Shown here piece after piece: positions 1-13,426 of a DNA stretch of 64,000 nucleotides. The notes beneath the pieces were generated by a model. That model saw nothing but the letters and a program-made list of their open reading frames with translations, was not told the DNA's origin and did no database searches. How positions within the stretch are numbered: position 1 is the first letter of the stretch; every line of letters starts with the position of its first letter. The position numbers were made by a program, and so were the translations under genes. This stretch comes from Botryllus schlosseri (taxonomy: Eukaryota): contig CM119372.1 in assembly GCA_051294905.1 (NCBI GenBank), positions 32,862,001-32,926,000 of the forward strand. The letters are read 5' to 3'.

Positions 1-362
1 TAGTCGTCATTTACAACTTTCATACTCGTGCTCATAAACTTTACCAATATACCAGTGAAGTGTTTCACGAATCGATGTGACTGTATTAGTCAGGACGTAT
101 TAAGCGTAGATTTAGCATCGAGAAATTTAATATTAAAGTTTTATTTTTAATTTTGAAATCGTATCAGAATTTGAAGTTGAATTACAATGTTTTTTATGTT
201 ACATTTGAACACGTTCGATACAGGCCACACCTGCCGCCATGCATTATGACGTGATATAAAATAATATGGCCGAGTATTTGGATTTGCAGGTTTCAAACCC
301 TATATTTTTGCTTCAAAAAGCTCGTATCTGAAAATTAAATTTAATCACTAATAATTTTACAG

Positions 363-517
363 ATCAGATATGTGTTCCGGATTTCGCTGCGGGGGCCATG
401 GAGAACTGGGGACTTGTCATTTACAGAGAAGAATATTTGATGTACAACGATACGTCGACATCTGACAGATACAAGATCTTCATCACTTCCATCATAGGCC
501 ACGAATTGGCTCATCAG
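363..517 (+). CDS. Aminopeptidase exon carrying the GAMEN and HELAH motifs
   Basis: ttttacag acceptor; (D)[51 protein letters not shown]; gt donor at 518. Confidence 0.95.
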
Positions 518-3500
518 GTTTCAACATAGCATTGCAATAATACTGATACTGATTATGCGAAAATGTATTCCCGAGCTGGGAAATGGGAAATATATTCCCG
601 CATAATTTTCCTATCGTATCATACCGAATTACGTGTCGTAAAATCGAAGTTGCTACCTCGATGACGTTTAGCGAATATATTCAACTACTTGATAATATTA
701 TCTCGCATTCAGTTCGCTTATGGGTATGAAACGAGCGTGGTGACCTGGAAATCTTTCATTTACACTTTGGTTTCCATAGCGATTATCTGTTCGTTGACTT
801 TCATATACTTCCACTTGTTCACGCATTTTCTTTTCCTGTTTAGTTTGTCATGATATCGGATGAATCGCTTCGATTTCAACAGATGCGGAATTGAATACTA
901 ATTCTTACAATAACTCTAGAACGAAACTGGCCGTGCTACAGTCGGCAGATCGGTAATCATAATAAGGAATATTAGACCTGTGTAAACTGACCAGTGACAA
1001 TATAACACTCAATATGTGCTGACAGTGGTCCTTTCCCGTTGAATATTTTGATACGGTTGGGTAACATCACTCTAGACCAGAGTCTAGTCTCTGTAATCAC
1101 TATGTTACAGGTAATGATTTTGCACTTTATTTTGAAACTGAGTAAACTTTCATTTATTAAGAACATGAATCCTTGCCGAAAGGCAACATGCAATAAGGTA
1201 TCCAATTAGGTTCAAAAGCTAGTTTTACCCGCACCTACTTCTAGGAAGAGTAACCTTTTTCACCGAAGGGAAACAATAAACACAGTGACACATGTGTGAG
1301 ATGCATTCCGAACTTTCGCCACTATGGTCACAGGGCGAGACCCCGTCTGACAGGTATAGCTAGCCTAGGGTTGCCATACGTCCGGAATTTCCCGGACATG
1401 TCCGGAATTTCACTGAAAAATCAGCGTCCGGGAGGAATTTCTAAAATATGCCTAAATGTCCGGAATTTTGAAGGCTTGAAGCAGGCTCAAAAGTTTTTCG
1501 TAAATCAACATAAACAATATTACTTTCAAGCAGATTTATGCTATTCAAAATTGTTCTTCGCGCCGCGCGCGAGTTAATGCAACGTATAATGATATTAGTA
1601 TGAGCACCAGGCACCACCCTCTCCAAAAAATGCAATCAAAAGTAATATAACTAACCATCATTTACTGAAATAAGTCCGATTGTAATCGCAATTATAAGCT
1701 AAAGGTCTATTCCTAGTGTTGGTTGAGGCCGATTGGATGCTTCAATCACAGACAGTGGTTCCAACTCTTGGGGTCGTTCTCCTTTATCTGGGGATCGCGA
1801 TGATGTTGGACGTAATCAACTTCCTAGGCCGTGAGTAAGTTTGGGCAAGCTGAATTTTTTTAGTAATCAGCTAATCAAGTTTTGAACTTTGCCACGGAAC
1901 ATTTGCAAGTGGGAAAAGAGGTCGCGACCATAAAAGGTTGGAAATCACCGGATGTGCAACCTACTGGTGCATTTCATAGTAGCCTAATATATATGGAAGA
2001 ATCAATGTTATTGACAGAATTAATACATAAAATTTAACAGCCAAATGCATATAGTAAGTGCCCAACAAGTTACATCGACTACCCTATGGTTGGCAAAAGA
2101 TCAGTGCTTTTTGGGCGGAAGGGGTGGGGGGTGGGGAGAAAAAAGGTTGTTTCGGACCTGATTAAAACACATATACAGATAGCCCACCGACCTACCAGTA
2201 TAGCAGGGCTGTCAAACACAATCCTGACAGGCCAGACACGGCCCGCCAGATGATTTCATCCGGCCCATGGAGGAATCTATTGCAAACCCTAGCAAGTAGC
2301 AATCACCAGAACTCACATTACAGATGGCCCTAGTCATGACCTATGTTCCACTCCATTTCTGTATAGCAGGGGTGGCCAACCTTTTCGGCCAAAGGGCCAC
2401 ATTTCATTGACGAACCATCGCGCGGGCCACTAGCCACGCGAAGTATGAAAATTATTTAAAGTCTATAGGTCAATATTATTGTTGATTGAGAATATTGCGG
2501 GTCGCTGTATATTGTTGGGCTCAGTTTGCAAGAACTGGACTATTCGGCACCTGGACATATCGATATCGAAAGCTTCGGCCAACATGCGTCAATCATTTTA
2601 TGCCTATGTTTCATCGTCGACGACCTTTCTGCGAGCAGAAACGCAAGGTCGCATGTTGGACGACACTTTCGCTCGTAATCGCGATCATAATTAGACTTAA
2701 TCAGGTGCGTTTGGCGTTCTTTTATTTTCGGGAGGGGATAACATAATATTAAAAGCAATAAATCGAATGACAAGATATTGCGTGTAGCCTGAAGAATATT
2801 CCGCTTTATTCCAATGTACGAAGATCTACCAAAATTTGACTGGCCCATAGATCTGACAATGCGTCGGAATTGATATTTTAGTCGTCACATCCCAAGTGTT
2901 GCAGTCGGACTAATCAAATATTTAGTTGGCTATGCAAGTTCACAATCTGGCAGTGGGCAATCCATTTTTGGTAATATTACTATTTTCTAAAATTACCTCG
3001 CGGGCCACTCAAAACCTTCTCGCGGGCCACGGGTTGGCCGGCCCTGCTGTATAGTGTATACAGTCGATGGGCAATGCTTTGCTAGTGTGACGTGATATTG
3101 GCGGTCAATGAGTTACACCTCATTTTGAAATCCGCTAGTGGGCGCTAAAAAGTGTCCGGAATTTGCTTCACAAAAATATGGTAACCCTAAGCTAGCCTGA
3201 TTTCCATTGTCTCGAGGAGAATAAATGAAACGTCACGAAAAAACAAATTGAAGCGAGGAAAACCCGCTCGAATCGAATGGGTAATATTAGAAGTCATTGC
3301 GACAGGGTCGCCACAAAGACCTTGGATATTTCCACATGCTAACATATTTTACTTTTTCAAGTGGTTCGGTAACCTGGTGAGTTGCGAATGGTGGGACCAG
3401 CTCTGGTTAAACGAGGGATTCGCCACTTATTACTCTTACCTTGGCGAAAACGCAGTTCAACCCACGTGGAAACCGGTGAAAAACACTCGCGGTCCGTTGC

Positions 3501-6500
3501 TGACTCAGTGACTGACGCTAAAAATAATTAATTCCAGCTGATAAGATTTATTCCTGACGAAATCCGGAGAGCGTTCGGAGTGGACGAGCTCACAACCTCG
3601 CGTCCGATTATTCGGGAGGTCAACTCGCAGGCGGACATTGGAGCGATGTTCGACACCATCACTTATCAAAAAGTAATGATCGGATTTCCGGTTACCGGAT
3701 TCAGCTGTTTTTAAAAACATATTTTCCAGGGTGGCAGCGTGCTACGAATGGTCAACGGATTCATGGGGGAGGAAAACTTTGTTAATGCAAATAAGGTATA
3801 TTATTCAGTGTGGCTCATAATTTACATATATATGTACTGTATATATAATATGCGGTCTACTGATATAATGCGAGCTCATGTGAGGATTTTCGGTTTCACT
3901 CCAATCCTGTTTCAAATTGACAATACTCCAATGCTTCAAAATTCAATATATAATATCGTACAACCAACTAGCTGATATTATCACCGTTCTGGGCGATACT
4001 AGCGTGTATGACTCTGCCCGTACGGACACTGCGGATGTAGTTATTCGAAGGTAGCTTTATAATCAATATGCTGAATGTTTATAATATATTTCAGGAATAT
4101 CTCACTGCTCAGGCATATGGAGTGGCGAACCAAGACCAGCTGTTCTCATATTGGGAGAAGGTAAATTTGGCTTGAAATGTTTCGGCCAGCATCAGCAAAT
4201 GATGTCCAATCTGCGTCAACGCTTAGTCACGATCGCCGTGCTGTTACAATCAAGCGTGGCACTTGTTGGGTACGAGGGATAGATTGCTTCTTTCTGAATC
4301 AGAGGCGTAAATAAATACGGAAAACTATTGCTGTTTTTTTTATTACCATTACCTACATTTGGACTTCTTTCGCAATCAGTAGGGGATATTTTAGCTCAGT
4401 TACAGGTGTTTTGTCTAGGTATATGGGCGGTTTATGCATCGATTTTAGTGCTTTAATTCGTAGCAGTGCGGATTCGATACTGAATGTCATCAAGCTTCGA
4501 ATTTAATATTAATATTAACTCGCATACCCCAGTCACGGAGTTGTTAATGCAGCTACTTACCTAAACTCAGCAATACTGTAAAATAGCAATAAAATACGAA
4601 TTCCCCTTGGTGCTTCCACCTGGCCCTAAAATAAGATAGCTACCGGTGTGAAGGGAAAGGGAAATTGGAAAGTGCCGTGGAGTGATTTATCTGCGCATTC
4701 ATTTACAGTACACGTCGCATTTGAGTCTTCCTACTGAGTTGTCAATTATCATGGAGACGTGGACTTTACAAATGGGATTTCCTCTTGTTACGGTAACTGA
4801 TAGTGAACCGTTGACCAACACATTCACAGTCGGCCAAGAATACTATCTGAGAAATGCGGACGCGGTGCCGACGCACACAACTGGCAGTTTAAAATATGGG
4901 TAACCACTAACCAGACATCAAATCGACGGCTTGAACGGTTTTCTTGAGAAATATCTAATGCTATATCTTTTCATTCAGGTACAAATGGTACATTCCTTTC
5001 TTCTTCAAGAGAGGTAGCAATCTGGCGCGGGAATCGGAGCTTGTGTGGATCACGCCAGATCAGCCACGTAGGGTTGAAATTGATTTGACGGATGCGAGTT
5101 GTGTTGTTCATTGCGTTCTATCTTTAGTTACGCTGACTGAATCGGACTTTATACTCGGCAATTCCGAAGTGCAAGGGTACTACAGGGTCAATTACGACAG
5201 GGGCTCCTGGGAGAGAATCGCGAACAGATTGGATTCCGAGTTCTATGTGGTAATGTCCGCTGTTTTCATACCCTAATAATTCTAAAAATATATAAATGCA
5301 ACTTTTGTTAAAATTGAGTTCGACTTTCTCATGATTTTAGTGCAACAAAAACTTGCCCTAATCATAACGGATCTAAAACGAACCCTTCAAGCTTCTCACA
5401 TATTTTTGCAGGATATACCAGAGGAAAACCGTGCGCAGCTCTTAGATGACGCTTTCTCGCTGGCCAGGTACATGCCGTGATTTTCACAGTGTGCTGTATA
5501 CCGTGTAGGAGCGATCTTTACGTGTGCTGACTGATTGTGTCATTTGCAGCTCCGGCCGCCTGAATCCAGTGATTCCGATTCAGATGTCAGCTTTTCTTCA
5601 TCGCGACGACAGTTACTTTGCTTGGGACACTTTCGTCGATAACATAAAGTATTACGAGTACATGCTCGGCAGGACTGAAGTTTTTGGAACATTCAAGGTG
5701 ACAATACATTTTAATCATACTGAAATAGATTTCGTGATACACGCTATTAGGTTTGTGGTACTACTACGTTATAGGTGTCGATTTAAGCAGTCTAGATCGG
5801 TGTTGCTAGATTTTATCAGAACTGATCAAAATGGTCAGCGTGTATACTCAAGTAAATGTATAAATAGCATCGTATTAGAAGTAGCGATTTCAAAAAGATG
5901 TGAAAACTACGGAAAATGGAAGTAGAATGTTAACGTCTTAAAAGTGATCAAGTTCCGGGATACACTATAATTAAGTATATTTGGTGGAGAGGTCGCGAAT
6001 AACACAGAATGAAAAATGACACTAAAAATCTAGGAGCAATGGTCAAAAATATAATCAGTAACCGTGATATACGGCTATTTAGCGGAGTTGTTGTGACAGC
6101 TTCAATCATAAAATATATTCAAACATATCCCCAAACCACTTTTCATGTACAAGTGCCAAACGCTGAGTAAGTAGATTAGATAAAATCTATACTTTAGTTC
6201 TCCGAAAATGCATATTTATTTCGTTATTGGCCACCTCCGTGTTCTAGCCATCACTTGCAACGACATCTGCATTTCTGTCGGAGCGCAACGCATGGTGTAA
6301 TGGTGATGTCTGATATCTGATGTCTGATGGTCTGGTTATGTCTCGGAACCGAACACCCAACCTATTGTGAAGAAATTTGCGGGATGTCGTCAACGTAACA
6401 TCGCATATGTTATTTAGAGTTTCGTGCTGGAAATGGTGGTGCCGTCATTGTATGACAAATACGGCTGGGAGGACGGCGCGCGAACCGACGATAAGATGTT

Positions 6501-9500
6501 GGAGAGGTGAGTGAAGCCACTCATTTTCATCTCAGACTGAATTTAATGCCAGTGTTTTCGAATATCGCCATGGTTGCTTATAATATGAAATGTTTCACGA
6601 TAAACGATGCCATTTTATGTGTTCGTGCTGTAGTCAGTAAACGGCGCGCGTCTGTAAACGGCGCGTCAGGAACGTCTACCAATCTTGCACTGTTGCTAAA
6701 CACGGTACAACAAATTTCATCAAAGTAGCCATTAGTGAACATTCCGTAGCACCTTTCTAGTCTGAACCAAGACGTAATTATTTCTCGAACATGATGCTGA
6801 AGGTATGGATAAACGAAAAATAGAAAAGTTAATCTGGTTCAAGGCAAATGCATGATTTGTTTGCTTGTTTGTTTTATTCAAACACAAAGTGGCGCTTATC
6901 GTCTATAAGCTCATTTAGCCGCGACATTAATTTCAGTAATTTCAGTCCATCAGGCATTTGTAATGTTTCGGACGACTTCCATGCTCTTTCATCATCTTAC
7001 ATTATCTTTCGTCATCGGTCTCTCTCGTTTTCCATGCGCCCATAGGCTGGACTTGGCTCGGCTCACCTTCACTCTGGGCATTGAAAACAGTGCCTGTGAA
7101 GTCAGCGATGAGGCAGAGAGGCACCCACAGAAAACTCCGACACATAGAAACTTATTAGAGCCGAGACTCGAACCAACAACCATTGGTGTCGCGACGACGT
7201 CGCTTACCACACTGCGCCACTCGCTTCCCCCAAACGGTTACAAGCAATATATATATATATGTGTATTTGTATTCTTGTCGCAGTTGATCCATATTTTTTA
7301 TTTTCTGAACTACGCTAAATATTAAACAACCTTTTTGAAACCAAGAGCTTCTTCGGGGGTACTGATTATTTCGACGGGCTACCAGTTACTCCCGTCGTTT
7401 ATCCGTGCTCAGCTGGGTTTCTTCGCTTAGACCAGTGGTTTCCAACTTCTTTCGACTCATCGCCCCCTTTTGCTCCAAACCGATCATCGCTGCTCAAATA
7501 TTTGGAACCGAAAATGGGCGTACAAACTGTAATCATCAGCGAGTTGACTAAAGAAAGTCAACTTTTCGGCTTGACCTCGAAATTACACTCTAACATTCAG
7601 CTAAATTTTTGTGTGTTGACTAAAAAAAGGTCATATCTCCGACATATCTCCAATATAGCCGTTTTAACGCGCCATCGCCCCCCTACTGCACCTTCGTTAT
7701 TTTCGCCCCCTATCGCCCCCTTCGTCCGTTTTCGCCCCCCTATCGCCCCCTTCGGTATTTCCGCCCCCCTAGACCACCAAATCGCCGCCTTGGGGCGATA
7801 TCGCCCACGTTGGAAACCACTGGCTTAGACTATAGTTTCTTAACCTGGTCGCCAGCGCCCCCAAAGGCGCGATTTGGATTTTAAAGGGGGCATAAACGAT
7901 CAGGGCACGATATGGGCGCTAGACCCAGGGGCTGTATGGCGGAGGGCGAGGAAAATAGCGTCTCTGTAGAGGTGTAGTAGGGACATATGTTTATATAGTA
8001 GTGGAACAACGACAACAAAATCTGCCAAATCTTGAAATTTTTAGTCACTAGTTCTTAAGCCTTTCATTCTTTACTTTACCGTGAAGTAGTTTGTTCATGC
8101 ATTAGTTATCCCTACTTCCTGTAATTGAGTAATTTCTATGACCATCTAAACAATAGTCAAGCAATACGTTAAGACAGAGCTTGTAGACCCGAGTTTCGCA
8201 AAATTAAAATAATAAATTGGTATCAGTATGATTCAATCCGACCTAAACCTAGCGCTGGGTATGAGATAAAATTTATTTCTATTCTTTAACAGGCAGAGCA
8301 GAGCTATCGCTATCGATGCGGCTTGCTATTATGAGCATCCTGACTGCGTCGAAACTGCTACCAACTATTTCCAGGACTGGATGACATCTCCCGATGACTA
8401 TACGTGAGTGAATGAACTGCGTGTGTAGATATTCCTCCATTTGCTATATTTTATAGCGAATCTTTAAGCATATGCAGCGATGTATTACCCTGACGAGTGT
8501 ATATTACATCTAGTGTGTCCGTGATAGCCAAAACAATATAGATTATCGATATAGATTATAGGATACGTAGTATCAAATTCTGAAGGTGGGTGCTGACAAA
8601 TAAATTTTTGCGATACTCCATTAAGAATAATCCCAGCATCATACCGAAGCGACATTCTGTGCGCCGCAATCCGCGCAGGTGACATTGAGGAGTGGAATTT
8701 CGCCTTTGAAAGATATGGTTCAACTAATCACACTGGATGGAAATCAAGTTTGAGGTACGATTTACGTCGCAACAACAAAAGTTAAACTGCCCTTGAATTT
8801 CCTATTAGGTTTATTTGAATTATCCAGGTCAGAAAAATTAATAATTATTATTCACGATTTTCATTCGCACCATTCGCACCACCTTCGTCATTCGCACTGC
8901 AATTTTTTTCATTCGCACATGTGCAAACCGTCACACAGGTTGAAAAGCACTGCATAGACGAAAACGGACCAAATACACCAATCCCAAGGGCGTAGTGCGT
9001 TCTTACAGTGTGTACTACATTTCGGAGTCTTCTTGGGGTGGTATACGAAAACAGTAGGCCTGCCAACTACACTTCTGTCTTTGTTTGCTATCTTTTAATA
9101 ATGACTGCTCTTCAATTACCACGGTATATCTGGTATACTAAATTACCCAGGTACGGCATGGCCTGCAGCAAAGATCCATGGGTCCTAAACCGATACCTCA
9201 CTTACACGCTCGACTCCAACAAGATCGCTTTCGTCGACGCTATTTCAAGCATGCGATATATTGGACGGGAGGAATATGGCCGGGATATCGCCTGGGCCTT
9301 CATGATCAATAATTGGGATGAGCTCCTCGCAAAGTGAGACGCTGGCCTATGGTTACATTTGTTTTTGGGCATATGCTCTCATCTAACGAATCACTTCGTT
9401 ATTCTAGATTTGGATCGCCAGTTATGTTTTCGGGTCTTGTGCTGGATATTACAAGGCGTTTTTCGACAGAGTTTGACTTGAAATTGGTAATACTTTCTCT

Positions 9501-10387
9501 TCTACCGTATCTGCAGTTTCGTTTTATTTTCGTCCGTGGCTTGCGAACCACACTATGTAAAATAGGGGGATTACCCAAATTATCACCAGCACTGGATGCA
9601 AATCAGGCCATCAGCACAATTCAGCATCTCAATTCACTTTCACATCTATTTCCGTGGGTAAAAATAAGTCAAATATGTACACCAATTTGTTGGAAACATG
9701 TCCGACTGGGGTATAAAATGAGTGAAATGGGCGTGAAAACAAAGTTTCGCACCTGGATATGTCGCTTAACCGGTTTGACTTTGTATACAATTTTGACAAT
9801 TTTCTGACCTAACGCTACAATTTTGACAAGATTTTTACTTATTTTGACATGTCATAAAAATCGCATCAGTGATGTCCCAATGTTTGGATCATGATTTCGG
9901 TGTGAAAACGTCTTTTTCTCTCTCTTTGCGATCCATATTTATTGAATGTGGCAGTGCTCGAATCATTATATCCAACCTTACTAATTCATTACGCGGCAAG
10001 GGCACCACGATGCCACACAATTATTGGAAATTTTTAGCCTCTTCTAAATTTCTTACCGCTCCTGTTAAGTTTTTATCCTGGCTACGCCAATGGGCCAGAA
10101 CCTCGCTTTACCTCACGTAGATGATTTGGAATAACGTCGAGCGCTAAATTGCCTAAATACGTCTCTGTGGTATAACATGAGGTAGTAGTGAATATTAAAA
10201 CTCACTGTTTAAAATCCGAATCTTTTGTCAGCTTCAAGATTTCAAAGAAACAACCCCTGATCTCGGAGGGCTGGCTGTATCGGTAGACTCCGCCATTGAA
10301 ACCACCAACGCAAATATCAATTGGCGGGCAGCCAACGAGGATACCCTAACGCAATGGTTTTACGACAACGTGGACGGTGTCGTCTAA
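363..10387 (+). CDS. ANPEP: Aminopeptidase N-like M1 zinc metallopeptidase, 3' portion (5' exons lie upstream of the window)
   Basis: Exons with GT-AG boundaries and consistent phases: 363-517, 3362-3475, 3538-3672, 3730-3795, 4095-4160, 4709-4899, 4979-5067, 5128-5249, 5412-5467, 5550-5697, 6418-6506, 8293-8403, 8626-8754, 9151-9333, 9408-9486, 10232-10387 (TAA). Translation contains [84 protein letters not shown] and the C-terminal ETTNANINW. The symbol is family-level; orthology was not tested. Confidence 0.93.
1366..3189. mobile_element. hAT-type non-autonomous element (TAGGGTTGCCA TIR) with nested insertions
   Basis: TIRs tagggttgccata / atatggtaacccta; perfect 8-bp TSD AGCTAGCC (1358-1365, 3190-3197). 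Confidence 0.85.
2367..3046. mobile_element. hAT (Charlie/Buster-like) MITE nested in the 1366-3189 element
   Basis: TIRs caggggtggccaacc / ggttggccggccctg; TSD CTGTATAG on both sides; gcgggcc subterminal motifs. Confidence 0.85.
3362..3795 (+). CDS. Aminopeptidase exons with the third zinc ligand (NEGFA) and the catalytic Tyr
   Basis: Three exons (3362-3475, 3538-3672, 3730-3795) separated by 62- and 57-nt introns; [23 protein letters not shown] ... [15 protein letters not shown]. Confidence 0.93.
6856..7231 (-). mobile_element. tRNA-derived SINE
   Basis: Minus strand begins GGGGAAGCGAG-TGGCGCAGTGTGG (Pol III box A) ... GGTTCGAGTCT (box B) and ends in AATAAA + (AAAC)n-like tail. Confidence 0.8.
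7433..7822. mobile_element. hAT (Charlie-like) MITE with TCGCCCCC internal repeats
   Basis: cagtggtttccaac / gttggaaaccactg TIRs; TSD GCTTAGAC; inverted sister copy at 53013-53388. Confidence 0.88.
8757..8952. repeat. Partial hAT-type MITE (TTCGCAC repeats); second copy inverted at ~17390-17658
   Basis: About 190 bp near-identical to the reverse complement of 17390-17658; ends in aggttgaaaagcactg (TIR-like). Confidence 0.75.
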
Positions 10388-10797
10388 CTTGCGCATAGTT
10401 TCATTGCAAACACCATTGAATTTGTGACATCAACAAGCCGTTCGCCGGCTTTTTCGTTTGAGTTGTTGGCATATTTGCCCAAGCAAAATTCACCATTCAC
10501 GGAATTGTCTCTTAAACTGTTAAAAATGGTTTTCAATATTCTTTGAATTCATCTCGATTTGTGAAGATTTCATTATGCTCGTATCAATACGTTCCGAATT
10601 TGTCCTATGCAATGAATAATGTAATGGATTTAAACAAGATTTGATGACGGTTAAGTGCTCGATGACGTTAATTATTGCGTATACGAATGTATAAGATGAT
10701 TTGCAGAAAGGCGAAGTGGTCAATGCTGAATTCTCCGTATGGGATGGACTGTGAGATCATTGATGTAACGGAGCTGCTTCCCAGGAGATGTAGGCTA

Positions 10798-11725
10798 GAG
10801 AGAGAGAGAGAGAGAGATTCTTTATTTTCATCCAACCAAAATCCTTAGAAAAACAGACGGCAATAGTGGTGGTACAGAAAATATGCATGCACAGTATTCG
10901 GTATTAGATAGGAATGATCGACGCGACCGTGAAGGTCAACTAATCCGATCACACCAGCATCAAACAGGTACACTTGACTCTATACAGCCTGGCTGTAAAA
11001 AAATGTTAGTTTAAAAAAGGCAAAGAAAAAACAAAAGTAAACGATGGTAGCAAATGATCAATGAAGCAATGTCTGGGCAAGGTTGGACAACAGTGTCAAT
11101 AGAACGACAAAAGGTGATTAAGTAGGTCTTTTTTTAATCTACTACAAGGCAATTCACGGATATGTGGTGGTGATTCATTCCAGATGATAGGTCCTGAGTC
11201 GTCGCTAGATCTCTTAGTTCGGTTGCTATTGGGTGGGGGCAAGTAGATATACGTCCCTTTGATGAGGATCTCGTGTAATGGGAGTGGACATTTTTATCAG
11301 GTATAATAAGTCATCAAACACATTGGGCAAACTATTCAAAAGTATTTGTGTATAGCTTTTGATACTTCGAAGCGATAAGTTCGACAACTAGCAAAATTCG
11401 ATGCTTACGGTAGTAAGGCGACAATTTGGTGCGTTAAGATACAGATGAGATCAACCGTATCGCACGATTTTGCGGGGTTCGAATCCTGTGCAAAAATAAT
11501 TTGCATGCATTTCCCCGCATTACGATTCCATATTACAGGTGAGAGTGAAAAAGTGAGAAGTAGATGGTTCGTAGTATTGATCTAGAAACCAAAGGTCTAG
11601 GTAAGGATCAGTCAAGGTAGGCCAGGGGCTTTGCGACGACACGTGGACGTTATCCATACTACATTGTTCTCCTCTCTCCGTATTTGTAATGCAAACATAT
11701 CAGATTCGACGATTAGTGAACCACG
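10798..11725 (-). mobile_element. Degenerate 5'-truncated CR1/L2-group (Crack-like) LINE
   Basis: Minus-strand remnants ILRTIYFSLFHSHL*YGIV(M)RGNA and SGPIIWNE.PPHIREL typical of the RT thumb/C-terminus; AATAAA followed by a (CT)n tail at 10798-10826. Confidence 0.75.
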
Positions 11726-12496
11726 GTACGGCTACGTACAACGACCGAGTATCATCTATCTCTCGCGTACAAAGTATTGGGTTATTATTCTAATAAGTAA
11801 TTGAAGGCGGCCATGTAAACACTTCTGCAGTCATGAGCATGTGAATCAAATTTAGGAGCGAACCGGCATACAAAATAAATTGCAGGACATTAGCAGGTGT
11901 CGTAATTTCTTCTCATTCTTGAAAAGCGACAGAAGCATTGGCGTAAAAAGTGTTATATATTCCTAATATTAGAGCTAAGCAGGTGCAAGGATTTCATTAT
12001 TATTGACTCTCATGACCATGTTTGATGTTATCGTGTGATATTATCAAACAATGTATCGACTCAGTAATATTTAGAGTTTATTTGTGTAATTCGATGGTTG
12101 CCAGTCAAAAACAAACAAAATAAAGTGTTTGGTATGGGAGTTACTGACATAATTTGGCATTTGGCATGCTGCATATGAGAGGCTGTCGACCAATGTTATA
12201 CATGCATTGTATACAATCGGAATCTAACCGTATTTTTCCACATATGTTGTTTGCGAATATAGACGTTGCCAGAATAGCGCGCTTCACTATCTTTTGTGAT
12301 ATTATATATGATGTATAAGCTTCAAAACAAATCATACCAGTGTAAAACCAAGGTCTGGAATTGAAGGTACCGTTTTGGAATCAGTTCACTTGTGCGGCTC
12401 GCCAACCATCATAAGGTTCAAATCCGGCCCGCGTCCCAAATTGAGTTTTACACTCCTGCGGCAGAGCTTTATTGCACATGGCTAGTCACTTATCTC

Positions 12497-13426
12497 CAGT
12501 GTTGGGATCAAGTCACTACCTTCGAGTCACGAGTCATTTCGAGTCATTGCACATTTTGACTCGAGTCAAGTCAAGTCAATCGATTTTCAAAGGTGACTCG
12601 AGTCAAGTCAAGTCACTCGATTTTTGGAGGTGACTCGAGTCAAGTCGAGTCAAGTCAAGTCAAGTCACGAGTCAAGTCACAATTCAAGTCAAGTTGTCTT
12701 TTCAAAGTATGAGGTACGCTACTTCACGGCATTTTGCTAGCTGTCTGTAATACAGATTGAGTGGTCATTGATTTTGAACCGATGAACGAATATAGAGTGA
12801 AATATAGCAAGAAGGCGCTGTATCGATCACATATAAGTAGAACTGCTAAACCTCAGTTTATAGTTACCAGCCAAGATAGAGAATAGATACGAACTGATAA
12901 GATGCAATACATTACGCATTTACAAATCTATATGATACAATTCGAGCCAGCGCCAATGGTTGAGGACGATATAAACTATATTCGAATTCAGTTTCAATAA
13001 AACAACAGGTTTGGTTAAGGTAAAAACAGAGAACAGAATTTACTTTACTCTACGAGTTTACGACATCCTAAGCTGTAAGCTTCGATCGATTAGTTTGCGG
13101 TCAATTCATCAGTGAGAGAACAATGGAGGCTCAATAAAACGCACGATCATTAAATGATTGGTCGCTCTCACGGGTTACACCAGCGTATGGCGAACAATTC
13201 GAACATATGCAAGATGCAGTGATTTTAATCAAAGCCGATTACTTATTGACTTGAAATTGACTCGTGAATTTTGCTCCGAGTCACGAGTCAATCTACATTT
13301 CTGATAGGCCAAGCCAAGTCAAGTCAAGTCATTTTAGCAAAGTGACTAGAGTCAAGTCAAGTCATACCAAAAAGGTGACTCGAGTCTGACTCGAGTCAAG
13401 TCATGACTCGAGTCATCCCAACACTG
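12497..13426. mobile_element. hAT-type MITE with GACTCGAGTC/CAAGT subterminal arrays
   Basis: cagtgttgggat / atcccaacactg TIRs; TSD CTTATCTC. Confidence 0.85.

Noticed and set aside
6958..7010. Hammerhead-like TAATGTA..ATGATGA..GAAACATTA inside the SINE (minus strand)
   Set aside because: Core C3 is missing, there is no stem I and stem II is poor.
7160..7231. tRNA gene
   Set aside because: Only A/B boxes are retained, with no acceptor stem or terminator; it is a SINE head (same for 29575-29650).
13065..13120. Hammerhead-like CTGATGA-stem-CGAAG on the minus strand
   Set aside because: GAAG instead of GAAA and no stem I pairing after the putative cleavage site.
12520..13420. CRISPR-like arrays of GACTCGAGTC/CAAGT (also 27100-27660 and 48435-48620)
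   Set aside because: No constant repeat with unique spacers and no cas genes; these are MITE subterminal arrays bounded by TIRs/TSDs, or a plain minisatellite.
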